From: Octopus sinensis
Lineage: Eukaryota
NCBI RefSeq assembly: GCF_006345805.1
Contig: NC_043015.1
Span: forward strand, 46,438,001-46,502,000
Direction: 5' to 3'
DNA length: 64,000 nucleotides
The notes under the pieces: model-generated
Seen by the model: the letters and a program-made list of their open reading frames with translations, nothing else
Database searches by the model: none
What the model was told of the DNA's origin: nothing
Part shown: positions 1 through 12,146 of the stretch, in pieces
Numbering within the stretch: the stretch's first letter is position 1
Layout of the letters: every line of letters begins with the position of its first letter
Program-made: the position numbers and the translations under genes

Positions 1-39
1 AGATTAGCCACAAACATATATATATACACAGAAATATAA

Positions 40-337
40 ATACATACATACATATATATATGTGTGTATGTGCGCGTGTGTATGTGTGTATTAAATATAA
101 AATTTACACACATACACACACACATATATATATATATATTATATAAATATATATATATATTATCTATATATATATATATCTATATATATGTATATATATT
201 AATATATATATATATATATTATATTATTATATTATATATTATATAATATTATATATTATATATAATATAATATATATATATAATATTATATATATATATA
301 TAGATATTTATATTATATATATATATTATATATATAT

Positions 338-385
<48 letters not shown>

Positions 386-460
386 TTAATATATATATAA
401 TATATATATATATTATATAATGTATATATTATATATATATATACATATATACATATAACA

Positions 461-493
<33 letters not shown>

Positions 494-500
494 ATATATA

Positions 501-543
<43 letters not shown>

Positions 544-703
544 ATATATATATAATATATATAAAATATTATATATATAGATATATATTATATAATGTAT
601 TATATATATATATTATATATATATATATATAATACATATATATATAATATATACATATAATATATATATATATATACATATATATATAGATATATCTATA
701 TAT

Positions 704-758
<55 letters not shown>

Positions 759-775
759 ATATATAGTCTCTGTAT
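40..775. repeat. (AT)n-rich low-complexity tract
   Basis: Near-continuous TA dinucleotide repeat with interruptions. Confidence 0.95.
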
Positions 776-1012
776 ATAATTCCCTGCATACCACTATATA
801 TTGTATTTGTAAATAAGAGTTATCAAAAGAACTAAAACTTTACAGATTTATCTCCCTTTCCCTTTGCACTGTGGTCTGATCATTGATAGTGTTCTTTTTG
901 TTTTATTTATTGATTTTTTTTTTTAAACTTGACATAAACATTCTCCCTTGAATTTCAGACAGGACCAAATAAAATGCTTAACTCTGAAGCCAATACAAAT
1001 ACTGCTAGAGGG

Positions 1013-1016
<4 letters not shown>

Positions 1017-1085
<69 letters not shown>

Positions 1086-1520
1086 TGAGTGAGAGACAGA
1101 CAGACAGACAGACAGAAAGACAGATGGACAGAGAGAAAATATCATATATGTATATACGTATAGGTGGATGTATATGTTAGTTTGTACATGAGCGTGCATG
1201 CAAATCTGGATAATTATGTATGGATAGGTAGGTGGGTGGATGGTTTGATGGATCGGTGGTTGGATGGATGGATGAATGGGTGGGTAGATGGATGGATGGA
1301 TGGATCGGTGAGTGAATTGATGGATCGATGGTTGGACGGATGGATGAATGGGTGGGTGGATGGATGGATGGGTGGCTGGATGGGTGAATGGATGGATGGA
1401 TAGACGAATGAGTGGGTGAATGGATTGGTGGATGGATAGATCGGTGGGTGTATGAATGGATCAGTGGGTGGATGGATGATGGGTGGATGGGTGGATGATT
1501 GGTTGGATGGATGGATGTGT
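1017..1520. repeat. Compound microsatellites (AG)n, (ACAG)n, (GGAT)n
   Basis: Read directly; these explain the ER-, WMDG- and HPSI-repeat ORFs in the track. Confidence 0.95.
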
Positions 1521-1677
1521 TTGTATCTATGCATGACTGTATAAATGCATGTCGGTATGTGTGAATGTATGTGTGTGTATGTATGTGTGCATGTGTGTCT
1601 GTGTCTGTATGTATATATGTGTGTGTGTATATATACAATATATATATATTGTATATGCTTGTATGAAAGAATCTACA

Positions 1678-1718
<41 letters not shown>

Positions 1719-1890
1719 TGTGCGTGTATAACAAGTCTTTCTGTTAAGACAACCTTTTCCCTGCAAATTCCACACTTCTGTAACGCACAATTAATTCAGT
1801 CATTATTGATTCAAAGATTTTGAATTTCAATACCTGCCCCACCTCTTGAACCCACATTATTTACGGTTGAAGCCAAAAGCAGTTCCTTTC

Positions 1891-1921
<31 letters not shown>

Positions 1922-2023
1922 AAAAACCTTGGCTGTAGACAGACGCGTTTGAATTATGTACTTTATATAGGACAGAACAAATATTTTCAAACTGGTATAT
2001 ATACATATATGCATGTGTATGTA

Positions 2024-2058
<35 letters not shown>

Positions 2059-2099
2059 CACATACAGGAAAACAGAGGAGTCAATGATTGATACTGAAT

Positions 2100-2548
2100 G
2101 TAAGGTGGCAAGCTGGCAGAAACGTTAGCACGCTGGGTGAAATGCTTTGTGGCATTTCGTCTGTCTTTATGTCCTGAGTTCAAATTCTGCCGAGGTCAAC
2201 TTTGCCTTTCATCCTTTCAGGGTTGATAAATTAAGTTCCAGTTGCATACTGGTGTCGATCTAATCGACTGGTCCCACCTCACCAAAAATTTCGGGCCTTG
2301 TGCCTAGAGTAAAAAAGAATATTCTTTTAAAGGGCCGCAAACTGGCAGAAATGTTGGCACGCCAGGTGAAATGCTTAGTGGTATTTCATATGTCTTTACA
2401 TTCTGAGTTCAAATTCTGCCGAGGTCAACTTTGCCTTTCATCCTTTCGGGGGTTGATAAATTAAGTACCAGTTGTGTGCTGGAGTCGATCTAATCGACTG
2501 GCCTCCCCTCCCGAAAAACTTTGGGCCTTGTGTGTAGAGTAGAAAAGA
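2100..2548 (+). mobile_element. Two degenerate tandem copies of SINE family B (Deu/Nin-domain-like core)
   Basis: Head ggcaagctggcagaaacgttagcac and core gttcaaattctgccgaggtcaactttgcctttcatcctttc...gataaattaagt occur twice and match the copy at 9457-9686. Confidence 0.8.
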
Positions 2549-2615
2549 ATAATTTATACTGAGTGTTTATTGAAGAAAACAAAGAACGCATGCATATAGA
2601 CATCACACACATGAT

Positions 2616-2657
<42 letters not shown>

Positions 2658-3142
2658 TGTATCTCTTTTACCATCTGTCATTAAATATATGCATATACAT
2701 ACATGCATATAAATATTTACACACACACACACATACATATACATGTGTTATATACATAATACACATGTATATACATATATATATATATATATATGTAAGT
2801 AAAAGAGAGATATAAAGAAGAGAGTGGTGTGTAGGTATCTAAGTCTATATATTTGTTTATATACATGTATGCAAATGCATACATACATATATATACATAT
2901 ACGTATGTATATACATATATATATATGTACATATACATATATATATATATATATGTGTGTGTGTGTACATATACATATATATATGTGTGTGTGTATATAC
3001 ATATATATATATATATACACACACACACATATGTATGTATGCAAATGCATATACCTGCCTTCAACATATACATGAACAAACACCAAGATAAGAATCTATT
3101 AACATATATATATTATATATAAATAGATCCATAGATATAGAT

Positions 3143-3209
<67 letters not shown>

Positions 3210-3705
3210 TATATATACATAATATATATATATACACATACATATATATATATATCTTAATACATCCTATGTGTATAACCATTATATTTCAAAATATATT
3301 GCAGGACCTATTAATTTGTGAAGGAAGAATAAAAAGGAATTGCTCTTTGGTACAGTTTAATTAATTAATTAACAAACTAATTGATTTGATTAAATTACCG
3401 ATGATGTAACTATAATGAAGAGGAAAACCGGGCATAAAATATTTTTAAAAAATGGAGAAAAAAAAAATTGAAAAATATAAAAAAAAATTTCAAAAAACAA
3501 GCAAACAAACAAACAAATATTTCAAGATGACACGTTATGCTAAGCACCTATATAACATGAATGATGGTGGTTCTGTGGTAAAAGTGCTATAAATCTGGTA
3601 TGAAAATGGTTTTGAGCTGAATTTTCAGCCAATGCACGAGACTCCCTTGGATGGCTTCTACCTTCATCCTTTCTCATGCAAAACTATTTACTATGAAAAA
3701 AAAAA

Positions 3706-3736
<31 letters not shown>

Positions 3737-4345
3737 TTTAAAAAAAACAAAAACAAAACTATGTTCAGAAATCCCAGAATTAAAAAAGATATTATAATTA
3801 ACTTTTAAGCAAAACCAAAGAAAGATTGGGAAAAAAAAAAAAAAAAAAAAAAACGCCAACAAAAATTCTGAAATATAAAAAAAAAGAACAAATAAACAAG
3901 TAAAAGAAATACAATGCAACAATAACAACAACAACAACAATTGCTTGAATATTGATTATATTTCTTTGTATTTGCTCATTTAAAAACAAACAAAAAAAAA
4001 TATTCTTCAACCTGCAAATTGTGATGCAGTGAGATAAAAGATGGGTCTGTTTTTTTGTTGTTCTGGTTGTTGTCTTTTTGTCTTTTATCCATTTTTTTTC
4101 TTCTTCCTCTATTCTTTTTTAAAAACTTATTTATTTGTCTATTTATTTATTTATTTATTTATTTCCTCATGTTGCATTTATTAATTGAATAAAGATGTAC
4201 AGCCTGAAATGAGGAAGAAAGGAAAACAGAAGAAAAGAAAAGATCTACTGTCATTCACGTCACACAACGTGAAAGGAAGCAACAACAATAATTCCTTTAT
4301 TATTTTTCCTACAAGAACTATAAAAAGGCAAGAATATAATACAAT

Positions 4346-4754
4346 AGGCGCAGGAGTGGCTGTGTGGTAAGTAGCTTGTTTACCAACCACATGGTTCCGG
4401 GTTCAGTCCCACTGCGTGGCACCTTGGGCAAGTGTCTTCTACTATAGCCTCGGGCCGACCAAAGCCTTGTGAGTGGATTTGGTAGACGGAAACTGAAAGA
4501 AGCCAGTTGTATATATGTATATATATGCGTGTGTGTGTTTGTGTGTCTGTGTTTGTCCCCCTAGCATTGCTTGACAACCGATGCTGGTGTGTTTATGTCC
4601 CCCGTTACTTAGCGGTTCGGCAAAAGAGACCGATAGAATAAGTACTGGGCTTACAAAAAAGAATAAGTCCCGGGGTCGAGTTGCTCAATTAAAGGCGGTG
4701 CTCCAGCATGGCCACAGTCAAATGACTGAAACAAGTAAAAGAGTAAAAGAGTAA
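4346..4754 (+). mobile_element. tRNA-derived SINE family A (representative copy)
   Basis: Head aggcgcaggagtggctgtgtggtaagtagc...ccgggttcagtccc (pol III box-like), internal (TA)/(TG) tract, gagtaaaa tail. Other copies at about 14712-15058(+), 18720-19058(-), 27270-27660(-), 33385-33797(-), 36295-36780(-), 38060-38362(+), 42705-43112(-), 43495-43878(-), 50306-50690(+), 55400-55695(+). Confidence 0.85.
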
Positions 4755-4823
4755 TATAATTCAGAGCAATACAAAAGCATTTAATAATAACAACAGAGAT
4801 CATTCATCATATATTGGAATGTA

Positions 4824-5334
4824 CCATAAATCCTCGAGTATAATCCACATTTTTTCCCAAAATTTAAAGGTCAAAATCTCTAGTGTGTTCTATACACGAG
4901 ATTAAAAATGAAAATTATTTTCTAAGCAATGTCCGAGTCTCTATTTGCTGTCCAGCAATGTTTATTCAGACGCATTTTGTGATGTCGGGCACAAAAATAC
5001 CTTAAGCTAAGCCTGAAAGCAATGAAGTCATAAAATAATCATCCATAACTTGCAGTTAGCAACATTTATTAAACATTATTACTGTTATTTCTTTATTTTC
5101 TGCAAACAAAATGCACAAAAAAGCTACATGTTTGCATTATGTTATATATACAATAATAATAAAGGACGTTACAGTATACATTTTTACAAACCAAGGATGT
5201 TATATAGACCTCCTTGACTCAAGTTAGAGAAGGGGTGCGTATTATACACAAGGTTTAGGTTTTTCAGAGGTACAGCCACCTAAAAATCCCCTGCTTATCA
5301 TATTCAAGGGCAGACTATACTCAAGGATTTACGG
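4824..5334. mobile_element. pogo/Tigger-type MITE with TA target duplication
   Basis: Termini ta-ccataaatcctcgagtata and tatactcaaggatttacgg-ta are inverted repeats; no ORF inside. Confidence 0.75.
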
Positions 5335-5713
5335 TACTCATCTAAGTAGAATTATAGTTTAGAGGGAATACATACGCAGGGGTTGGACAAAATAATGGAA
5401 ACACCTAAAATTTCAAACAAATTTATTTCAATATGGGGTAGGACCACCTTTGGCAGTAATTACAGTTTCATCTTTTCGGGTTCGGTAAAAATAAGCACCA
5501 GTGGAGCACTGAGGTCGTTGTAATCGATTTACCCAGCCCCTAAAATGACTGGCTTTGCGCTAAAATTTGAAACCGATGTTTAAGTCCTACCGAGTTATCT
5601 TCCTTGCTCAAAAGGCTCCCTCGCATTTTTTTTTTAACTGGTATATAATTTTCGCAACATAAATACAAATAATCAATGATGCGATATAATAGACTATATA
5701 TATATATATATGG

Positions 5714-6093
5714 AAGCACTCCGTCGGTTACGACGATGAGGGTTCCGGTTGATCCGAATCAACGGAACAGCCTGCTCGTGAAATTAACGTGTAAGTGGCT
5801 GAGCACTCCACAGACACGTGCACCCTTAACGTAGTTCTCGGGGATATTCAGCGTGACACAGAGAGTGACAAGGCCGGCCCCTTGAAATGCAGGTACAACA
5901 GAAACAGGAAGTAAGAGTGAGAGAAAGTTGTGGTGAAAGAGTACAGCAGGGATCACCACCATCCCCTGCCGGAGCCTCGTGGAGCTTTAGGTGTTTTCGC
6001 TCAATAAACACTCACAACGCCCGGTCTGGGAATCGAAACCGCGATCTTATGACCGCGAGTCCGCTGCCCTAACCACTGGGCCATTGCGCCTCC
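5714..6093 (-). mobile_element. tRNA-derived SINE family C
   Basis: Minus-strand head ggaggcgcaatggcccagtggttagggcagcggactcgcggtc...ggtttcgattccc (A and B boxes); related pieces at about 50940-51228 and 51660-51960. Confidence 0.8.
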
Positions 6094-6646
6094 ACATAAT
6101 AGACTAAAACTAGTATAAACAGAGCCCCAACATGCCCAGAGTCAGAGGATAGGAATTGAAATAATAGTCTAAAAGAATACAATGTTGTCTCCCTTTATCT
6201 CTATTACCCAATGATTTTTCTTAAAGAATTGTTTTCTGCGTTACCGTAAAAAAAAATATTCCATGGCAGACTTTCTTATAAGCTATCCTTACTTCATAGG
6301 GAACGAAACTAGCAAAGAATAAGATGATTCCCACCCCCCTCACTTGGAGTATTCCTCTGTTTCATACAACTAGAATTATCGTTCTGAAAGAATTTTTTTC
6401 CTTTATTTATTTGAAAATATTTCAATCTTTTTAAAACAATTTTTTCCAGCTATCTTCTGACACTTTCCCTTGCCAGTGGGTCAGTGATAGCTACTCCGAA
6501 ATGTGGCTGATTCTCCAAGAATCAATATTTCCTTAGTCATTGCACGGTGACCGCCATAAGCTTTAAGCTTATATAAATATACCATTATTATCATTTAGAG
6601 GATTGTAAAAACGGCACCATATAAAAAGCCATTCGCACCGAAGCAA

Positions 6647-6723
<77 letters not shown>

Positions 6724-6864
6724 TACTTGCATAAGATGTATTTGCATAGCGAGTGACTTGATCTGAGATCATGATCTGGAACGAAAACAATTGCAGCGTG
6801 GAAGGTGTTTATAAGCCATTTAAGAAACACACAAAACCGTTAGATTCACTTCATTTATATTTGA

Positions 6865-6915
6865 TTTGTCAAAATATTTTCGTCGCTTTGAGACCGCGAT
6901 CTGTTCACTGACAAA
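6865..6915 (-). ncRNA. Minimal type I hammerhead-like motif with G3:C8 core (GUGAACA)
   Basis: Minus strand: TTTGTCA GTGAACA GATCGC ggtctcaaa GCGAC GAAA ATAT T T TGACAAA, i.e. 7-bp stem I, stem II, GAAA and a palindromic loop III. Activity untested. Confidence 0.45.
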
Positions 6916-6930
6916 GCTTTGTGCTGCGTA

Positions 6931-6991
<61 letters not shown>

Positions 6992-7024
6992 ATGCATGTA
7001 ATGTATGTATGTATACATATATAC

Positions 7025-7358
7025 AGAAGATAAGAAAATAGATAATTGATAAATAATTATTTATTAATTAAAAACATTGACAACATCTCTGATAGCTGTT
7101 TCAATTCCAGACTTTTAGAAATTAACAAAACTGAAACCATTTAAAAGTCGAAGCTCATCAGAGTTAGCTAAATATATACAAATTAGGTGTTCAATTCCTG
7201 TATGTTGTGTATACAGCTACAAACTGTTAACTCTTGGTTTCAATTTGGTAAATCAATTTCTAAAAGCCTGGAATTGAAACAGCTGTCAGAGATGTTGTAA
7301 AATTTTTTAATTAATAAATAATAATTTATTAATTATCTCTCTATTTTTTTGTCTTCTT
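7025..7358. mobile_element. Inverted pair of Penelope-like (PLE) repeat ends carrying a hammerhead core
   Basis: Arms at about 7025-7125 and 7255-7358 are imperfect reverse complements. Minus strand 7084-7165 reads CTGATGA-stem II-GAAA-CAGCTA-TC; the plus arm has GAAA-CAGCTG-TC. PLE origin is inferred from the motif. Confidence 0.55.
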
Positions 7359-8373
7359 TAAATATATATAAGCCACGGTTTATCTAGTTACCTTGCAGTT
7401 GAATATTAATTATAATATTCAACACATTTTGAATAAGTACTAAACAGTATTTCCATTGGATTTTATTTTCCCTTAATGAGGTTTGTGACTTTTATTTGAA
7501 CTTTTATTTGAGCAGACGTTTTAAGCTTTGTTTGGTAGCGAGGACAAGGATCCTAAAAAGAACCTCGCTTGAACCTTTTTAAACTCAAGGAAAGAAGTTT
7601 TTAGCCAGTGTCCTCCTAGAAGCTTGGAACATACCAGGTGTTGAATAAAACAACTACATCATCTTCTTAGAACACCACCACAGACGGAACCAGAATGTTG
7701 AAGAAATCAACAATAGTAGCATTTTAGAACATCACCACAGCCGAAGCCGTTCCTGCAAGCTTCGAACTCCACAGATGTCGAATAAAGCAGCAACAACAGC
7801 ATCTTAGAACACCACCGCAGTCGGATCCGAGATGTTGGGTTTTTAAGATATAACACACGTAGCTTAGAATATAATCACAAGCGAAGGTGATGTAGGGGAG
7901 ATAACCCCGTACCTCCTATGGCAACCAAGCTCGAACATATTGTTTATATGTACTTAGTAACCTTGGCGTTTTCTACATTTAAAGAAAGACGTTATGTGTC
8001 ATCGGCCATTTTGAGTCTGTAGAGTTGCCTATACAGCTTAGCGCTTTATAGGTGCGAAACGAATGGCTACTCTTTGACCATCCATAATAAACTTAATATA
8101 TACTCTCTCTCCTCTCCCTTCTTTTTCTCTCTTCCTCTCTCCCTCTTCTGAAAGGAATCGGTTGTGTTCACAACTGGAGAAGAACGGGTTCCGTCTGGCC
8201 TTAAAATGCCTACGGCTCGCAGTATGTCGTAACGGCGTCCCTACGACTAGGCAAGGCAAAATATAAAGTACCAAGTGCTTCAGTCGAATAATAATTCTTA
8301 TAACGTATCCTAGATGATGCGAATCGAATCATAACTGAAGACAATACGATTAGAAAATGTTACACCCCTTTTT

Positions 8374-8789
8374 GGATCTTTTCCATTTGAACGGCAGTTT
8401 TTAACATAATTTCTAGGTAACTAAAAAATTTTTAACTTCGTATACTGGTAGAATGTGTTTATAAAACATCTTTTCCTCTTGGCTTATTGAGCAAATTCTA
8501 TAGTTTGTAAGATATTTGTTGTTGTTTTTTCTTCAATCTCTGCAATTTCAACCAATCACTGACGTCTATTGAGTTAAAAAGCATTCTGTGCCGTATGAAT
8601 ATGTCCCTCGTTTAAGAAACAAATTGGGTTTATTTACATTTGTGAAGAAAAAAAATACCCTTCCCCCACCCCTAACCCTAACCCTAAAACAGATTGAAAT
8701 GCAATAGATCGATTCTAGGGTCATAATTATGGGTGACAATTTCATATGACACCGCTAGAAAAAAACTGCCGTTCAAACCGAAAAGATCC
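8374..8789. mobile_element. MITE family M (TIR GGATCTTTTCGGTTTGAACGGCAG; internal TTAGGG repeats), copy 1
   Basis: Terminal inverted repeats at both ends; interior homologous to the other copies listed. Confidence 0.85.
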
Positions 8790-9456
8790 CCCTCCTTTTC
8801 CTCAACCAGCAACATTTATATAATTCAAATCCAGAAAGATAGCGAACCACTTTTAATACAAGATGTAATAATGTATTCCTTACATATTCGTTACATAAAC
8901 TTATTAATGGATTTCACTTAAATTTTAACGCTATTAATAATATTATGAAGTGAAATCATAGCCGACTTTCACATATTCATGCCACTGACAGGAAACAATT
9001 ACACAACCCAACGGCTATCGTGTTGTCAGGAAGTTTTTATCGGATTTGAAGTGGGGGGGGGTTGATTTGCAGAATCCAGAAATAGAATCTTTTGTTTACC
9101 ATCACGTCTAGAATTCAAGATAACCCCAGCACCAATCATTAGTAGGCAACCTCATCTCCGGTCTCAGGTCGGTGAGATATTTTATCTTCCACCTTAGAAG
9201 GAAGGTGAGGCTGGAGAGAAGATGCCTGTCAAAGAAAATGTTCAAAGAAAGATGGTTGCATGTTGCGAGGGTGCTGGGAATGAAAGATTCCTCGTGAACA
9301 TGTCATAAGTCTGAATACAAAAGTTTCGGTAGGAGAATGGGGCTCGTGGGGTCGGAGCGTAAGCCATCTCTCTGCTTCATCTCATGTTTGTATTTCGTCC
9401 TTGTATCTCATTCGATTTCATTATATTTTGTAAAATTTTAAAAGTCATACAATCTG

Positions 9457-9686
9457 TTTCTTTATTGCCCACAAGGGGCTAAACATAGAGGGGACAAACA
9501 AGGACAGACAAACGGATTAAGTCGATCACATCGACCCCAGTGCGTAACTGGTACTTAATTTATCGACCCCGAAAGGATAAAAGGCAAAGTAGACCTCGGC
9601 GGAATTTGAACTCAGAACGTGACGGCAGACGAAATACGGCTACGCATTTCGCCCGGCGTGCTAACGCTTCTGCCAGCTCGCCGCCT
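9457..9686 (-). mobile_element. SINE family B, CpG-intact copy
   Basis: Full unit ggcggcgagctggcagaagcgttagc...gtgggcaataaagaaa. Other copies at about 21676-21847(-), 24398-24628(-), 24815-25021(-), 41075-41312(+), 52198-52428(+), 57133-57358(-), 62241-62470(-). Confidence 0.85.
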
Positions 9687-9744
9687 TAAAAGTCAGGCTG
9701 TATTGTCCCCCTCTATGTTTGGGCCTTGTGGCTAATAAAGAAAT

Positions 9745-11260
9745 TGGATGATATGCGTGGACTTTAAGATGGGCAATTTTCTCCCGAGGCAACAAAGTGG
9801 ATACACCAAATATCCATGCTTTTTATGTATGTGGGGACAGCAGAGCCAAGGGAAAACATTGGGTGGTCAAAGAATGGTCGTAGCAAATATTGGTTCCAGG
9901 TCTTTTTATGTGGTTGAAGAACCTTTAGTTCAACCAGGAAAAAATCATCCTACCTTTTTGATTGGTTGAAATTGCCGAAATGCAAGAAATTAAAGACCAA
10001 ATATCTTACAAACTATAGAATTTTCTCAATAAAGCCAAGAGAAAAAGATGTTTTATAAACACATTCTACCAGTATACGAAGTTTTAAATGTTTTAGTTAC
10101 CTAGAAATTATGTTAAAAACTGCCGTTCAAACCGAAAAGATCCCCCATCTCTCATCAATTTTCTGATTTGAGGCCCATCAAATACTCTAACTTTTATGAT
10201 TTCACTGCTAAGACCTGGAAATGTCTTGATCCAGAACTTTAACAAACTGCTTCATAATGCCAAGTTTTGTATGAAGAAAAGGTAGGATGATTTTTTCCTG
10301 GTTGAACTAAAGGTTCTTCAACCACATAAAAAGACCTGGAACCAATGTTTGCTACGACCATTCTTGAGGTGAAAACATTCTGTGCCGTATGAATATATCC
10401 CTCGTTTAAGAAACAGATTGGGTTTATTTACATTTCTGAAGAAAAAAAGATACCCTTCCCCCCACCCCTAACCCTAAAATAGATTGAAATGCAATAGATC
10501 GATACTAGGGTCATAATTATGGGTGACAATTTCATATGACACCGCTAGAAAAAACTGCCGTTCAAACCGAAAAGATCCGAGATGAGAACTTTGTAAATTC
10601 AATGAATTGCATTGAAATATAGAATTCATTTGTTATAATTATAAATTACTTGCTACACAACAAGAACGCAGCCAGCTATCCCCAAAGGTTGGGATCAAAT
10701 ATGAGCATAATGCTGCACTATTTTCGAAGTGTCTACCGTGTTAAATTCCTTGGAAATCTCGGTGACACAAGTGTCAAGCAATAAGAACGTTTCCATCAGA
10801 ACATGAAATTATATGAACATATGAAGGCAGATACGACTTGCAAATGATGGCGGATCACTGCAGGAACGTGGCTCGTGATCTTCCTGAGGTCCAGCACTCA
10901 AGAAAATCATCCACACGCAAATTCGTATTGCATAAACAATAATGTAATTTGTCTGCAGAAATTTTAAGAGTTTTACTAGTTTTTCAGTAGAATTTTAAGA
11001 AAACATTCTGGGTTTGAAGAAAAACCAATTTCTGTGTATGTTCGTATGTTATGCCTTGTTCCTCACAAGCTGTTTTATTTAAGAAAAATAAATAAAGAAA
11101 GAAAAAACAATGAAATTCTACGGATCCAGCATTATAAAACCCTGACGTGGTGGTAATAAACGGATATCATTTTCGGATTTGTGTGTCAAAATAGTTTTAG
11201 TTTAAGCTCAAATATTTTGACAACAGAAAACTTTTTCCTTTTTTTTTCTTTTTGTTGGCC
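9745..11260 (+). mobile_element. Decayed DNA transposon, Chapaev/CMC-like transposase remnant (partly inverted, MITE-interrupted)
   Basis: Translatable pieces ICVDFKMGNFLPRQQSGYTKYPCFLCMW (9748-), KIILPFLHTKLGIMKQFVKVLD and FPGLSSEIIKVRVFDGPQIRKLMRD (on the minus strand of the inverted block 10144-10364), then ENFVNSMN and NLGDTSVKQ*ERFHQ. Transposase identity is fairly clear; the superfamily is assigned from memory of the motifs. Confidence 0.7.
9959..10578. mobile_element. MITE family M copy 2, split by an inversion (halves 9959-10143 and 10365-10578)
   Basis: Both halves end in the TIR aaccgaaaagatcc. Re-inverting 9959-10364 restores one element with an 8-bp TSD gagatggg/gagatgag. Confidence 0.8.
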
Positions 11261-11332
11261 TATGTTATTGATGAAATAAAAAACAATGAACTGCAACGGG
11301 TTGCAAGATTAATATTTATTCTTCTCAGTGAC

Positions 11333-11824
11333 TTAAAAAAAGTACATCTGATTCCTTTCGGTGTAAGTAGAATATGCGACGTATATGGCAATAAACAAAA
11401 ACAGCCATATAACTGCATAATCAAAACAGACCAAGAAGTTTTTGAAATGCAACTGCCGATTATTACTATATTTAATGGCGTAAACTTTGTTCATATTGTT
11501 GTCAGCGCGTTCTGAATTATCGGGAGTCTCTTTGTTATTCTGATTTTCATCTGATATAGCATTTACAACCATATGTTGCTGGTTCTTGTTTTGTTCATGT
11601 TGATGTTGCTTAATAAACTTAGGTGTCTGAGTAACGAAAGCGTTACTGCCAGCCGAATCTGGGAAACGATTTGCGCATGTATTTCTCGACGATTTATTTA
11701 CAACAGCCTCATGTTTATAATTCAACGAACTATCTACCTCCGAAAAAATTCTCTCCCCATCATTTTTATGTAGAGGAGCCAAAACTAGGAAACAAATGAA
11801 ATAGATAGTACTCATTGGAGACAT
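11333..11824 (-). CDS. Intronless 163-aa predicted type I membrane protein; highly diverged SARAF-derived paralog
   Basis: Signal peptide ending LHKNDG|ERIF, N/Q-rich ectodomain, one TM (FDYAVIWLFLFIAIYVAYSTY), short tail. Collinear anchors shared with 15961-16704: LHKxxGERI, SAGxxAFV (tcggctggcagtaacgctttcgt vs tcggctggctgttatgcttttgt), AIS, YxxNN/YxNN, FD-TM-YSxY. AATAAA 13 nt after the stop (11315-11320, minus). Confidence 0.7.
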   Translation of the reverse strand: MSPMSTIYFICFLVLAPLHKNDGERIFSEVDSSLNYKHEAVVNKSSRNTCANRFPDSAGSNAFVTQTPKFIKQHQHEQNKNQQHMVVNAISDENQNNKETPDNSERADNNMNKVYAIKYSNNRQLHFKNFLVCFDYAVIWLFLFIAIYVAYSTYTERNQMYFF

Positions 11825-12146
11825 TTCAAGTCCCCTAAACGTAAACTTCGAAAATTAGTGTATTGATTTAGCGTTGCTAACGTTATCAAGGGACATAACG
11901 TGAGAGGAACTGCTGACTATATAGTGATGTAATAAATCAGCGAAATGAGATCAAGTGAAGTGGCAGAAACGTCAGAGCGTCGGACAAATTGCAACGAGGT
12001 ATTTATTTGTTCCCACTCCTTACGTTCCAAGTTCGAATACATCCGAAGTTAACTTTCTCTTTCACTCTCCTAGGATGCTGTGATCAAATTTAAGGCATAA
12101 TTTGATAAATGACAAGAGAATGTTAACAAGTAAATTCTTTATCGAC

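Noticed and set aside
64-3122. Many 60-185 aa ORFs in the first 3 kb
   Set aside because: They are translations of (AT)n, (AG)n, (GT)n and (GGAT)n microsatellites with no protein-like content.
3300-4330. A/T-run-rich unique sequence resembling a 3' UTR or conserved non-coding element
   Set aside because: No exon or gene could be linked to it within the window.
6130-6550. Complex sequence that looked like a decayed ORF on the minus strand
   Set aside because: All frames are short and unrecognisable.
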